A stretch of DNA of 62,598 bases, counting the filler, from Deltaproteobacteria bacterium (GTDB taxonomy: Bacteria > CG2-30-53-67), in NCBI GenBank assembly GCA_013151235.1. It is 4 parts of 4 records of this genome, joined end to end, with 100 filler letters (N's around TTAATTAATTAA, not from the genome) between each part and the next. Parts side by side here need not be neighbours in the genome. Positions count along the whole stretch, not along the records: positions 1 to 24,422 come from JAADIO010000009.1; 3 more parts are not named here. One strand, written 5' to 3'. The notes under the pieces are model-generated. The model was not told the DNA's origin. It ran no database searches and was given only the letters and a program-made list of their open reading frames with translations. This document shows, one piece after another, positions 10,277-19,959 of the stretch (the stretch's first letter is position 1; each line of letters starts with the position of its first letter). The translations under genes and the position numbers were made by a program.

Positions 10277-10320
10277 ATTTTATCCTTGTTCTTCATGTCC
10301 TTCATGGTGAATAAGATTCT

Positions 10321-12087
10321 CTAATAAGAAATTTCGTTGCCGCAGTTCAGCATCTTCTTTCCCAGGTACGGGTTCTCCGCCGTTGTTCCTTTCTGCAACC
10401 ACGGTTCCTTGACCATGGGACAGTAGAAGATGGAGAGTCCCAGCGCCCTGGCGCCCTTCGGGTCCCGGTCCTTGACATAATCGGCCAAGGCTTGGCTGAT
10501 CGTCTTGAACCCCTTCCGGACGGTCTTGATATTTCCGGATAACAATTCGGGCGCAGAGACGGTCAGTGCCCTCGTGGTCCCGGCCAGGCTCCGGTCCTTG
10601 TCCGCGACCTTTATCTTCTCAGCGAGTGTTGCCATCTCCACGACCGAAGGTTTGATCCCTTCCAGGGTGTCGGACTTGAGTTTTCGCTGAATGACCAGGT
10701 AATCCTCCAGGATCCGCTCCATGGAGGTCCGGATCGTCTCCGGCAGAGGCGGGGCCGTCTTCATGCCCTTCATATTCTTCATCTCTTTCATTGCTGTTTT
10801 CTTTGCCGGAACTTTCTTTGCTTCCAACATCTTGTTGATCGCCTCTTTGAGATTGCTTTCGGAGTCGATCAGGAACTGTGCCGAGGTTACGACCCGTTCC
10901 CCTTCGGTCAGGCCGGAAAGAATCTGGTAATACCCTTCGCCCTCGGCGCCGAGCTTGACATCGCGGGGGAGAAACTTCCCTTCGCCCCGGCTGAGAATAA
11001 CAATGTTTTTCTCACCGGAACGAAGAATGGCTTCCTCCGGGATCACGAGCGTGGATTTCGATACCCTCGAACGGATCGAGACATTGGCATACATGTCCGG
11101 TTTCAGTTTCCAGTCCGGATTCCTGAATTCCATCCGGACCTTGACGGTTCGTGTCTTTTTGTCGAGAAAGGGGTAGATGTACGAGATCTTCCCCCGGTAC
11201 GCTCTTCCCGGAAGGTAGGAAAGAGTCATTTTTACATCCTGCCCCAAACGCAGCCAGGGAAGCTCATACTCATAGATGTCGGCATAGACCCAGACATCGG
11301 AGATGTCGGCGATCGTATAAAGATTCATCCCCGGTTTGACGTACATCCCCTCCTGTACCTTTTTATCAATGACCACGCCGCGGGTAGGGGAATGGAGAAC
11401 AAGGTCCTTCCTGATCTCGTTGCTCTTTTCGATCTGATCGATCTGCCGGGAGGTGATGTCGAAAAGTTCCAGCCGTTTCCGGGTGGAGGAGAGCAGGGTA
11501 TCCGCTCCTTCCGAAACGGTGGAAAAGGGGCTTGCACCGAGGGACTTTTTGTATTTCAATGCGAGCAGGTATTCCTGCTGGGTGGAGACCAACTCCGGGC
11601 TGTAGATGGAAAGAAGGGCGGTGCCCTTGTCGACATCCTGCCCGAGAAAATCGACGTAGAGTTTTTCTACCCACCCTTCCATTTTGGTATGAATATGTTC
11701 CACACGCCTTTCATCGTAGCCGACACGGCCCACGGTCCGGATAGTCCGGGAGAGCGCCCTTCGTTCGACCGGAGCGGTCCGGACACCGATGTCCTGCACG
11801 GTGACCGGATCGATTCTGATCGTACCCGGCTCGCTCTTGTCTTCCTCTCCTTCATAGACCGGGATCAGGTCCATTCCCATGGGAGACTTGCCCGGTTTGT
11901 CCCGGATATAAGTCGGGTCCATCGGGGCCTGCCAGTACTTGACCTTTCTGGCCTTCCGCCCTCCGTTTGCGGAACTCTTTCCCATGGCGGGGGATTTCTC
12001 CGGATGGGAAGTGCGCCCGAATTGGTAGCCGGTATAAAGCGTCGCTGCCAGGAGAATCAATATTAAGATCGGTTTTCGGATGTTCAT
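10321..12087 (-). CDS. cusB: CusB-like RND periplasmic adaptor with N-terminal heavy-metal-binding motif and C-terminal DUF3347-like domain
   Basis: APMDP..DKPGKSPMGMDL, YSPELVSTQQEYL, AQFLIDSES; C-terminal YCPM..NPYLG..MLNCG. Confidence 0.88.
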   Translation of the reverse strand: MNIRKPILILILLAATLYTGYQFGRTSHPEKSPAMGKSSANGGRKARKVKYWQAPMDPTYIRDKPGKSPMGMDLIPVYEGEEDKSEPGTIRIDPVTVQDIGVRTAPVERRALSRTIRTVGRVGYDERRVEHIHTKMEGWVEKLYVDFLGQDVDKGTALLSIYSPELVSTQQEYLLALKYKKSLGASPFSTVSEGADTLLSSTRKRLELFDITSRQIDQIEKSNEIRKDLVLHSPTRGVVIDKKVQEGMYVKPGMNLYTIADISDVWVYADIYEYELPWLRLGQDVKMTLSYLPGRAYRGKISYIYPFLDKKTRTVKVRMEFRNPDWKLKPDMYANVSIRSRVSKSTLVIPEEAILRSGEKNIVILSRGEGKFLPRDVKLGAEGEGYYQILSGLTEGERVVTSAQFLIDSESNLKEAINKMLEAKKVPAKKTAMKEMKNMKGMKTAPPLPETIRTSMERILEDYLVIQRKLKSDTLEGIKPSVVEMATLAEKIKVADKDRSLAGTTRALTVSAPELLSGNIKTVRKGFKTISQALADYVKDRDPKGARALGLSIFYCPMVKEPWLQKGTTAENPYLGKKMLNCGNEISY

Positions 12088-12147
12088 AATTTCCCCTCAT
12101 GTTTGTTCATCGCGTTTCCAGGCATTGCGAAAAAGGACCGTTTCCCG

Positions 12148-13449
12148 TTAAAAGAGTCTTTCATCAACAATCGCCTCCATCTTGGCCAATTGCTTCTCGT
12201 AGTCGGTCAAAGTGCGGGCATAGGCCAATTCGAATTTCAACAGGGTAAGCTGGTTGTCAACGAGGGTCAGAAAATCAACCTTGTTGACCTGGTACCCTGA
12301 AATAGCGGAGTCCAGGGACTGCCGGGCCTGGGGCAGAAACCCTTTTTTGTAAAGCCGGATCAGGTTTTTCTCCTTTGCGATCTCGGCAAACGTATCTTGA
12401 ATCGCAAAGAGAACCCGGTTCTTCACTTCGTTATAGGTCGACTCCCTCCGGGCCAGTTCCGCCTGGGATTCGATCACCCCCTGGCGCTGTTTCCTTTTGG
12501 CATAGAGCGGAATGTTAACGGTGACAAAGGCGCTGAACCAGTCATTGCCGGGAAAGTTGGCCCCCTCTTCCCGCTGCTTGTAGGTGACGGCGAAGTTGAA
12601 GTCGGGCAGGATGGCCTTTTCGGCAAAGTGAAGGTCCGCCTCGCTCCCTTCAATCAGTTTCTGCGCCGCCTGCAGAGGCAGACTCTTTTTGAGGGCCTTT
12701 GTTTCCAGTTCCTTCAGGGTGAAAGGAAAAGGCGTGGCGGGCCGCTCCTCCGGATCCGCCAGCGGTGTCTCCGGCGCCCGGTTGAGGAGTGTATTGATCC
12801 GGGCCTTTGCCGTCTCTTTCTTTTGATGAAGGACAATCAGTTCATTGATAATCCCGGAGAGTTCCACCTGGGCCTTCAGCACATCCTGCTGCAGACCCTT
12901 CCCGACGGAATACTTGGTTGCGGCCACGTCGGCCAGGCCGGAGAGAAGGTCTCGGTTTCGTTTGTTGATCCGGATGGACTCATTGATAAAGAGGAGATCG
13001 AAATAGGCGTCCTTGACCCGCCGGATGATCTCCGTGACCCGGTCCCGGTAGAGGGCATCCATGGAGTCGGCCCGGAGAGATGCCGCCTTTTCCTTCAGGG
13101 CCAGTTTGCCCGGAAAGGGAAACTTTTGGGAGAGGCCGATCACTTTTGACGTCGGCAGAAAGGCGTCGAACGAGGGATTGGAAACCGGGACGTTATCGAC
13201 GCCGATGGTCAGCATGGGATCGGGAAGGGCGCCCGCCTGCGGGGTCGCCGCCCGGAAGGATTCTACCCGGTTTTTGAGGGTACGGATCTCGGGATTTGCC
13301 TTGACGGCCTCATCGATCAGTACCTTCAGTGTGAGTCTCTCCTGTCCGTATGAGACCGCCGGGAACACCCCGGTTAGAAAGATTCCCCATATGGAAATTG
13401 CAAGCAGTAAACCCTGTGCCATTCTGCGCTCCTTTCTTAAGTGCAGCAT
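12148..13449 (-). CDS. TolC/CusC-family outer-membrane efflux protein
   Basis: ALPDPML, SQKFPFPGKL, YQVNKVDFL motifs; first gene of the cus operon. Confidence 0.85.
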   Translation of the reverse strand: MLHLRKERRMAQGLLLAISIWGIFLTGVFPAVSYGQERLTLKVLIDEAVKANPEIRTLKNRVESFRAATPQAGALPDPMLTIGVDNVPVSNPSFDAFLPTSKVIGLSQKFPFPGKLALKEKAASLRADSMDALYRDRVTEIIRRVKDAYFDLLFINESIRINKRNRDLLSGLADVAATKYSVGKGLQQDVLKAQVELSGIINELIVLHQKKETAKARINTLLNRAPETPLADPEERPATPFPFTLKELETKALKKSLPLQAAQKLIEGSEADLHFAEKAILPDFNFAVTYKQREEGANFPGNDWFSAFVTVNIPLYAKRKQRQGVIESQAELARRESTYNEVKNRVLFAIQDTFAEIAKEKNLIRLYKKGFLPQARQSLDSAISGYQVNKVDFLTLVDNQLTLLKFELAYARTLTDYEKQLAKMEAIVDERLF

Positions 13450-13704
13450 GGATAAAAAATGTCTGGAATTTCAAACAGTTTGAAGTTCTTTCCGAAGATA
13501 TCCCAGAAGAGGGACCCTGTCAATTCTCCGGAGCAGTTCTCCCCGGGAATCCCGGGAGAGGACAAACCGGTCCTGCTGGGAGAAAAAAGGTTCGGGATGG
13601 TGTACTCGGCATCAGCCTTCATGTTTGCCTCGTTTTTGAGATTAAAGTCCTGTGGAATCGAGATAAAAAGGAGCTTTCCGATTTTGCACGGGAAAGATCC
13701 CTCT

Positions 13705-14139
13705 CTACTTCGTCCGTGAAATCAGGTGGATCTGGTAGAAAATCCGGCTTTGAATTCGGCTTCCCTCTTTCGGGGTCGTCTTGATCAGGATCGTCCCCAC
13801 GGATCGGTCCGAGGGGATAAAACGGGCAAGCACATTCTCGAACCAGCCGTGGCTTTCATTGAAGATCCAGAACTTCCAGATCCCCGGATGGAGCCGGGTG
13901 ACCGGGAGGTTCGGCCCCATGGCAATCCAGGGAGTTTCTCCGGATTGATCGCAGCGGCCATCTGCATAGGCGAGAAGGAAGGAATCGCTTCCGACCCGGG
14001 ATTCGTATTCGAGGTTTCCTTCCATCCCTTCGGGGATCACGAGGGTCGCGACCGATCTTCCTACCATTCCGGTTGTCTGAAATCGGATGAAATTTTCCGC
14101 CGAAGGAACAGGTTTCTTATGTATGGTTTCAGAATTCAT
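13705..14139 (-). CDS. Hypothetical protein
   Basis: 144-aa ORF with AAGGAG RBS, co-oriented with its neighbours; no recognised motif. Confidence 0.55.
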   Translation of the reverse strand: MNSETIHKKPVPSAENFIRFQTTGMVGRSVATLVIPEGMEGNLEYESRVGSDSFLLAYADGRCDQSGETPWIAMGPNLPVTRLHPGIWKFWIFNESHGWFENVLARFIPSDRSVGTILIKTTPKEGSRIQSRIFYQIHLISRTK

Positions 14140-14298
14140 GTCTCACTCCTTAAAAAACATTTGCCGGGTTGGATTGCGGCACGGGACGGGTCGTCGTAGG
14201 CCTGGCCTTAAGAGGCAGGAGGTGTCCCCATACCTGTAGACAGACCGTTCTTTCAGCGGAACTGAAGAATCCGGACGGCTCGACCTGTAAGGAGTGAT

Positions 14299-14757
14299 TC
14301 AGATCAGAAAGGCGCTGTTGAGCAGGAAAACGGAACGTGTCCCTTGTGGAAAAAGTAAGGACCTGTAAAGGAATGACGGATTACCGGAAGCGGGGTAGAC
14401 TGCTCCTTCCACCACCGAAAGGGTGCTGAAAAAAGAACCCTGATTTCCATCGGGATGAAAAACCGGGGAAGAGATCCCTTGTGAAAGAATCAGGCTGCAG
14501 TTACAGAGAGGGCATTGAACCGCATGGGAATGCGAAGAGGAAGTCCCTTTCTGCGAAGTGTCCGGATTGCACCTTTGATCTGCCGCTGAACTTTGGCAAC
14601 CCTCGACCGCCCCGGCCTGCTGTTCCATGCCTGAGGAATGATTCCCCGGCAGACAGGAGCAGAATGCGGGAGTGGTCTGGAGAAGCAACAAGAATACCGC
14701 GAGAAAGGATATCCTGAAGCTCCACTGTGACCTGCGCTGTCTCTGTAAACTTTCCAT
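14299..14757 (-). CDS. Small Cys/His-rich exported or membrane protein (DUF2946-like)
   Basis: Hydrophobic N-terminus, CSC, HSHAVQCPLCNC, C-terminal FLLNSAFLI; this layout is common upstream of metal-efflux operons. Confidence 0.55.
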   Translation of the reverse strand: MESLQRQRRSQWSFRISFLAVFLLLLQTTPAFCSCLPGNHSSGMEQQAGAVEGCQSSAADQRCNPDTSQKGTSSSHSHAVQCPLCNCSLILSQGISSPVFHPDGNQGSFFSTLSVVEGAVYPASGNPSFLYRSLLFPQGTRSVFLLNSAFLI

Positions 14758-14768
14758 ATCAATTACAT

Positions 14769-14797
14769 ATGATAACTGTACAATAATCGAAAGTCAA
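14769..14797 (-). promoter_or_regulatory. Sigma-70-like promoter
   Basis: TTGACT-N17-TATCAT just upstream of the 14757 start. Confidence 0.55.
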
Positions 14798-14851
14798 GTT
14801 CCCCGAAAGAAATGTTTTTCACGCACTATCCGGACTGCGGGCACTATTGCT

Positions 14852-15271
14852 TTACAGAGAGATCGAACCCTTTGCTTCCGCCGTGAGTTCAATCAGGCTC
14901 ATCGCCCCCGCCGCCCGGACGCCCGGTAGAAGATCCGCTTCCGTGATCTTCTTGTTCGCCATGGTCTGGGTGCAACACTGAATCTCGACGCCCAGGTCGA
15001 GGGCTTCCTCGATCCGTTGGGTGAGGGTTGGGACCCCCGGTAGGGGGGTCTCCTCTTTTTCAATGGCTCCTTGAACCATGAGTTCTACCCCTGCCTGAAT
15101 ACAGTAGAGGACCGTCCGGTAATCGGCGGCGGCGGCGAGGCTTGCGAACATGAAGGCCGAGCGGGCCCGGGCGATATTATCAAAGCCGGAGGCCAGGAGC
15201 ACGACATAGAGGTCGGCCATACTCTTGCTCCCGGCATGATCGGTGGACCGTTCTTTTTCCTCGTTGATCAT
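14852..15271 (-). CDS. DsrE-family sulfur-relay protein
   Basis: DsrE fold pattern: AFMFASLAAA, GVELM, IEEALDLGVEIQCCTQT, VRAAGAMSL; ATGA overlap with osmC. Confidence 0.75.
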   Translation of the reverse strand: MINEEKERSTDHAGSKSMADLYVVLLASGFDNIARARSAFMFASLAAAADYRTVLYCIQAGVELMVQGAIEKEETPLPGVPTLTQRIEEALDLGVEIQCCTQTMANKKITEADLLPGVRAAGAMSLIELTAEAKGSISL

Positions 15272-15798
15272 TGCACCTCCAGTTTTGTCTCGATCGCCAC
15301 CGGTCGACTCAGGGTGACCCCGACGGGAGAGGTTTTAATCACATGTTCATGGAGATCCTGCAGCGCCTGTGCATCTGCTTTCCCTTTGATCTTGACGGTT
15401 GCCTTGATATTCTTGTAGCCCGGAAGTTTGTCCATGTTCAGTTCTTCCGGAGGCTCCAGGCCGAGGAAACCCGGCAGATCGATCTCCCCTTCCAGGTCGA
15501 TATTGATGTCTTCCAGTTCGATTCCCCGGGCCGCGGCGTTCATGGCATAGCCGATGGTCAGGCAGGCGCCGTAGGCCTGAAGGACCATCTCGACCGGGTT
15601 GGCCGCCGTGTCGGTTCCGCAGAGCATCTCCGGTTCGTCGGCCAGGAGGGTGAAGTCTCGAGAGCAGGTCCAGACCTTGAATCCTCCTTTCCATTTTGTG
15701 TTGGCCTTCCAGACGGTCTTGCCAGCGGTCCAATTCTGTTTGACCCCTTCTACGGTTGCTCCCAATTTTTCCAGTTCAAGTCCATTGAGCATCGTCAT
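15268..15798 (-). CDS. OsmC/Ohr-family protein
   Basis: ADEP..L.G.D.AANPVE..L.A.GACL, DLPGFLGL, SPV motif; AAGGAGG RBS. Confidence 0.85.
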   Translation of the reverse strand: MTMLNGLELEKLGATVEGVKQNWTAGKTVWKANTKWKGGFKVWTCSRDFTLLADEPEMLCGTDTAANPVEMVLQAYGACLTIGYAMNAAARGIELEDINIDLEGEIDLPGFLGLEPPEELNMDKLPGYKNIKATVKIKGKADAQALQDLHEHVIKTSPVGVTLSRPVAIETKLEVQ

Positions 15799-15858
15799 GA
15801 TGATACCTCCTTTTCGGTTGTAAGGATGAATGAAACATAAATTAACGAGAATAGATTC

Positions 15859-15875
15859 TGCAAGTCTTGTACCAA
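15859..15875 (-). promoter_or_regulatory. Sigma-54 -24/-12 promoter of osmC-dsrE
   Basis: Minus strand reads TTGGTACAAGACTTGCA (GG-N10-GC). Confidence 0.8.
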
Positions 15876-16070
15876 CACTTTCGCAAGATCAGTCCGATTG
15901 TTGTCCGGGAAATGTCCAGACCGAAGAGTATCTATAAATATCGAAAGATAACCGGTTGATTTATAGAGTCATTATTGTGTTGGGATTTTCCGGAGAGAAG
16001 AGCTTCCTTGAGAATACTTTGTGCAAAGAGAAGATCTGTTTTGTCTTTGAAAGAGGGAGGATGAGATATT

Positions 16071-16103
16071 TTAGTGCAAATGTTGCAAATTGCAATGTTT
16101 TGC
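16071..16103. promoter_or_regulatory. Putative enhancer (UAS) for a Fis-HTH sigma-54 activator
   Basis: Palindromic TGTTGCAAATTGCAATG with flanking TGCA repeats about 200 bp upstream of the -24/-12 element. Confidence 0.55.
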
Positions 16104-16181
16104 GGGGTTCTGTTGGGGTGGAACGCCGCGACCGGTTCCCTCTGCCCATGTAAGATGATGGCGACGGATTGCAAGTTGCAA

Positions 16182-17687
16182 TCATTGATGTTTCTTCAGC
16201 TTTCTCCAAAGGGTCGAAGTGTCGATCTTTAAAAGTTTCGCTGCCTTCTTTTTGTTTCCCTGCGTCATGTTCAGTACCTTCAGGATATGGGTCTTTTCCA
16301 TCGCATCGAGGGACCAGTTTCCCTCCGGAAGATTCTTCTGAAGGGTGAGAGCGGTCGGGAGGTCTTCCGGCTCAATCGTATCGCCTTCCGTGACGGCGAT
16401 GGCCCGTTCAATGGCGTTCTCCAGTTCCCGCACGTTCCCGGGCCAGGGGTGACGTAGAAGGAGTTCCATGGTCTCTCCGGAGACCCGCCGGATATTTTTC
16501 CCCGTTCTTTTTGCAAAGCGTTCCAGAAAATACCGGGCGAGGAGCGGAATATCTTCCCCTCTTTCCCGAAGAGGCGGAAGTGCAATCCGAATGACATTCA
16601 ACCGGTAGAAGAGATCTTCCCGGAATGTCTTCGATTCCACCGCTTCGGACAGGTCCTTATTGGTCGCGGCGATGATCCGGACATCGACGGTGACGGGGGT
16701 TGTGCTACCGACCTTGAAGAAGGTCCCGTCCTGGAGGACTCGTAGAAGTTTGGCCTGCAGGGCGGGGCTCATCGCCTCCACTTCATCCAGGAACAAAGAT
16801 CCGCCGTGGGCCTCTTCAAATAATCCTTTCCGTTTTGATGTGGCACCGGTGAAGGCCCCCCGGGTATGTCCGAAGAACTCCGATTCGAGAAGGGATTCGG
16901 GAAAGGCGGCACAGTTGACGGAAATGAAGGGCTTCTCCCTGCGGAAACTGTTGTAGTGGATCGCCCGGGCGATCAGTTCCTTGCCGGTCCCGCTCTCCCC
17001 GGAAATGAGGATGCTCGACGGCATGTCGGTGATCTTTCGAACCAGTTTGAGGACCTCTTCCATCCGGTCACTGCAGGAGATAATCCCCCGGAAATTGTAG
17101 TAGCGCCGCTGCAGGTCCGCCTTGTTCCGGACCTTTTCGAAAATCTGTGCATTCTCGATGGCCAGGCTCAACGGAACCGTGGCGGCCCGGAGGATGCTGA
17201 GCAGATCCGGGTCGGGGGTGTAAGGGGTATGGGTAATGACGCAGAGGACGCCGACGACCTTTCCCTTGGCAGCCAGGGGGAGCCCGGCATAGAATTCCAT
17301 TTCTTCCCGTCGGATCGCATCCCGGGTAAAGCGGGGATCCTCCGATGCATGGGAATCGATGATGACCTCCTGATTGCATTCGGCGATTTTGCCGCACATG
17401 CACTCCCCGATCTTGACCTTCTTTTCGGAGAGGTCCCTGACTGCGGAATCGCTGAGATTCCGGAAGGAGACGGGGACCATCTCCATGGTGGAATCATTGA
17501 TGACGTAGATCACGCCGGAATCGACCCCCATGAAATCGATGATCCGGGAGAGTGCCTCATCGAGGATCGGTTTGAGTTCCAGGGTCTGCCCAACGGTGAG
17601 GGCGATCTCATAGAGGACGGACAGGCTTCGGTACTGTCGTTCCAGGTCATTGACCGATGCGGGAAGAGATGGAGTTTCATGATGCAT
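16182..17687 (-). CDS. GAF-domain sigma-54-dependent transcriptional activator
   Basis: GAF domain with GECMCG, GESGTGKE, GAFTGA, WPGNVREL, C-terminal Fis HTH; start set at the ATG after AGGAG. Confidence 0.9.
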   Translation of the reverse strand: MHHETPSLPASVNDLERQYRSLSVLYEIALTVGQTLELKPILDEALSRIIDFMGVDSGVIYVINDSTMEMVPVSFRNLSDSAVRDLSEKKVKIGECMCGKIAECNQEVIIDSHASEDPRFTRDAIRREEMEFYAGLPLAAKGKVVGVLCVITHTPYTPDPDLLSILRAATVPLSLAIENAQIFEKVRNKADLQRRYYNFRGIISCSDRMEEVLKLVRKITDMPSSILISGESGTGKELIARAIHYNSFRREKPFISVNCAAFPESLLESEFFGHTRGAFTGATSKRKGLFEEAHGGSLFLDEVEAMSPALQAKLLRVLQDGTFFKVGSTTPVTVDVRIIAATNKDLSEAVESKTFREDLFYRLNVIRIALPPLRERGEDIPLLARYFLERFAKRTGKNIRRVSGETMELLLRHPWPGNVRELENAIERAIAVTEGDTIEPEDLPTALTLQKNLPEGNWSLDAMEKTHILKVLNMTQGNKKKAAKLLKIDTSTLWRKLKKHQ

Positions 17688-17845
17688 GGATTCCGCTCCT
17701 ACAGAATGGTTCCTGCCATTGGGCCGCAACTCTTGCTATCATACCGAACAAAAAAAGAGAAGGCAAATGGTGTTCCACACCCCGCTGACGGTTTTGCACC
17801 CCTTGTGGTATAGTAAAACAAATTGAACAGGGAGGCGCTGAGACC

Positions 17846-18700
17846 ATGTGGAACTATTCGCAAAAGATGATGGATCATTTCCTGAATCCCCGCAACGCCG
17901 GGGAGATTGAGAACGCCGATGCCGTGGCGGAAGTGGGGAACATCACCTGCGGCGATGCCCTCCGGCTGACCCTGAAGGTCGACGAAGACGAGCGGATCGT
18001 CGATGCGAAATTCCAGACCTTCGGGTGCGGGAGCGCCATTGCCTCTTCGTCGGCCCTGACGGAGATGATCAAGGGGAAGACCCTCGATGAAGCGGCCAAG
18101 GTTACGAACCGGGATATTGCCGCTTACCTCGACGGACTTCCCCCGGAAAAGATGCACTGCTCCGTCATGGGGATGGAGGCCCTGGAGGCGGCAATCAATA
18201 ACTACCGGGGAATCGAGACGCCGGCGGAAGACCGGGAAGGGGAGATCGTCTGCAAGTGTTTCGGCGTGACCGACAAGAAGATTGAACGGGTCGTTCGGGA
18301 GAACAACCTGAAGACCGTTGATGACGTAACCCACTACTGCAAGGCCGGCGGGGGGTGTGGGGAGTGCAAGCCGCAAATCGCCGGGATCCTGGAGCGGGTC
18401 CGTCACGAGATGCGGCCCCCGTCCGGTGTGGAGCGGCGCGTCCGATCCAGGGGTAAACTGACCAACATCGAGAAGATGCAGCGGATCATGGAGACCCTTG
18501 AACGGGAGATCCGGCCCGCCCTGAATGCCGACGGCGGTGATATCGAACTGATTGATATCGACGGCGACCGGGTGCAGGTCGCCCTCCGGGGAAGTTGTGC
18601 CGGGTGTGCCGCATCATCAGTTACCCTGAAGATGAGTGTCGAGGCGAAGCTCCGGGAGTTTGTTTCCGAAGAGCTTACCGTAGAAGAGGTGGAGTCATGA
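17846..18700 (+). CDS. nifU: NifU Fe-S scaffold (IscU + BFD-like [2Fe-2S] + NfuA domains)
   Basis: CGD, FGCGSAIASSS, KMHCS, CKCFG..CKAGGGCGEC, DGGDIEL..GSCAGC. Confidence 0.93.
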   Translation: MWNYSQKMMDHFLNPRNAGEIENADAVAEVGNITCGDALRLTLKVDEDERIVDAKFQTFGCGSAIASSSALTEMIKGKTLDEAAKVTNRDIAAYLDGLPPEKMHCSVMGMEALEAAINNYRGIETPAEDREGEIVCKCFGVTDKKIERVVRENNLKTVDDVTHYCKAGGGCGECKPQIAGILERVRHEMRPPSGVERRVRSRGKLTNIEKMQRIMETLEREIRPALNADGGDIELIDIDGDRVQVALRGSCAGCAASSVTLKMSVEAKLREFVSEELTVEEVES

Positions 18701-19878
18701 AAACGGTCTACATGGACAACAATGCCACAACGAAGGTTGATCCTCAGGTACTCGATGCGATGCTTCCTTATTTTACCGACCTCTACGGGAACCCCTCCAG
18801 TATGCATCTCTTCGGCGGGCAGGTCGGGGAGGCCATGACCCGTGCCCGGCGGCAGGTGGCCGATCTGATCGGCGCCGATCCTTCAGAGATCCTTTTCACG
18901 AGCTGTGGTACCGAGAGCAACAACACGGCGATCCGGGGGACCCTGAAGTCCTACCCGGAGAAGCATCACATCGTGACGACCCGGGTGGAACATCCCGCGG
19001 TGCTGAACCTTTGTCGGGAACTGGCCCGGGAAGGGTGCAGCGTAACGGAACTTCCCGTCGACCGGCAGGGGGAACTTGATCTAGACCAGCTCCGGGATGC
19101 CATCACACCCGGGACGGCGATCGTCTCCGTTATGTACGCCAACAACGAGACAGGGGTGATCTTTCCCGTAGAGGAGATTGCAGAAATCGTTCACGAGAAG
19201 GGAGCTATTTTTCATTGCGATGCCGTGCAGGCCGTGGGGAAGGTCGGAATCGACATGGCAAAGATCCGGATCGATCTCCTTGCCATCTCCGGCCACAAAC
19301 TCCACGCTTCCAAAGGGATCGGTGTTCTTTACGTTCGGAAGGGAACGCGTTTCCGCCCCTTCCTCATCGGGGGGCACCAGGAACAGGGGCGGCGGGGCGG
19401 GACGGAAAACGTCCCCTCCATCATCGGCCTGGGCCGGGCCTGTGTGTTGGCTGCGGAACAGATGGAAGAGGAAAACCGGCGGGTCCGGGCCCTCCGGGAC
19501 CGCCTGGAACAGGGACTCCTGGAGGCCGTACCCTACGCCTACATCAACGGTCATCCCGATCACCGTCTTCCGAATACGACGAACATCAGCTTCGAATATA
19601 TCGAAGGGGAGGGGATCCTGCTGCTCATGAGCCGGGAAGGGATCGCCGCTTCTTCCGGTTCGGCCTGCACCTCGGGATCGTTGGAGCCCTCCCACGTTCT
19701 CCGGGCTATGGGGGTTCCCTATACCTGTGCTCACGGATCGATCCGCTTCTCCCTCAGCCGGTTCAACACCGAGGAAGAGGTTGACTACATCCTCGAAAAA
19801 CTCCCTTTCATTATCAGCCGACTTCGGGAGCTTTCCCCTTATTGGAAGCGGCGTGACAGTTCGCCCTTACTCAAATAG
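18697..19878 (+). CDS. nifS: Cysteine desulfurase NifS
   Basis: YMDNNATT, SGHK (PLP lysine), SSGSACTSGSLEPSHVL; ATGA overlap with nifU. Confidence 0.93.
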   Translation: MKTVYMDNNATTKVDPQVLDAMLPYFTDLYGNPSSMHLFGGQVGEAMTRARRQVADLIGADPSEILFTSCGTESNNTAIRGTLKSYPEKHHIVTTRVEHPAVLNLCRELAREGCSVTELPVDRQGELDLDQLRDAITPGTAIVSVMYANNETGVIFPVEEIAEIVHEKGAIFHCDAVQAVGKVGIDMAKIRIDLLAISGHKLHASKGIGVLYVRKGTRFRPFLIGGHQEQGRRGGTENVPSIIGLGRACVLAAEQMEEENRRVRALRDRLEQGLLEAVPYAYINGHPDHRLPNTTNISFEYIEGEGILLLMSREGIAASSGSACTSGSLEPSHVLRAMGVPYTCAHGSIRFSLSRFNTEEEVDYILEKLPFIISRLRELSPYWKRRDSSPLLK

Positions 19879-19959
19879 AAACAAACCTCACCGCAGAGAC
19901 CACACCGTACTTGACCCCTCGGCGAGCGATCCCGGGAACGCTTTCGTTTCGGGTAAGTT

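Noticed and set aside
14852-15798. Selenoprotein versions of OsmC or DsrE
   Set aside because: Both frames are open with Cys codons and no in-frame TGA.
17846-19878. nifU/nifS as evidence for nitrogen fixation
   Set aside because: No nifHDK or nifENB in the window; the pair can be a housekeeping Fe-S system.
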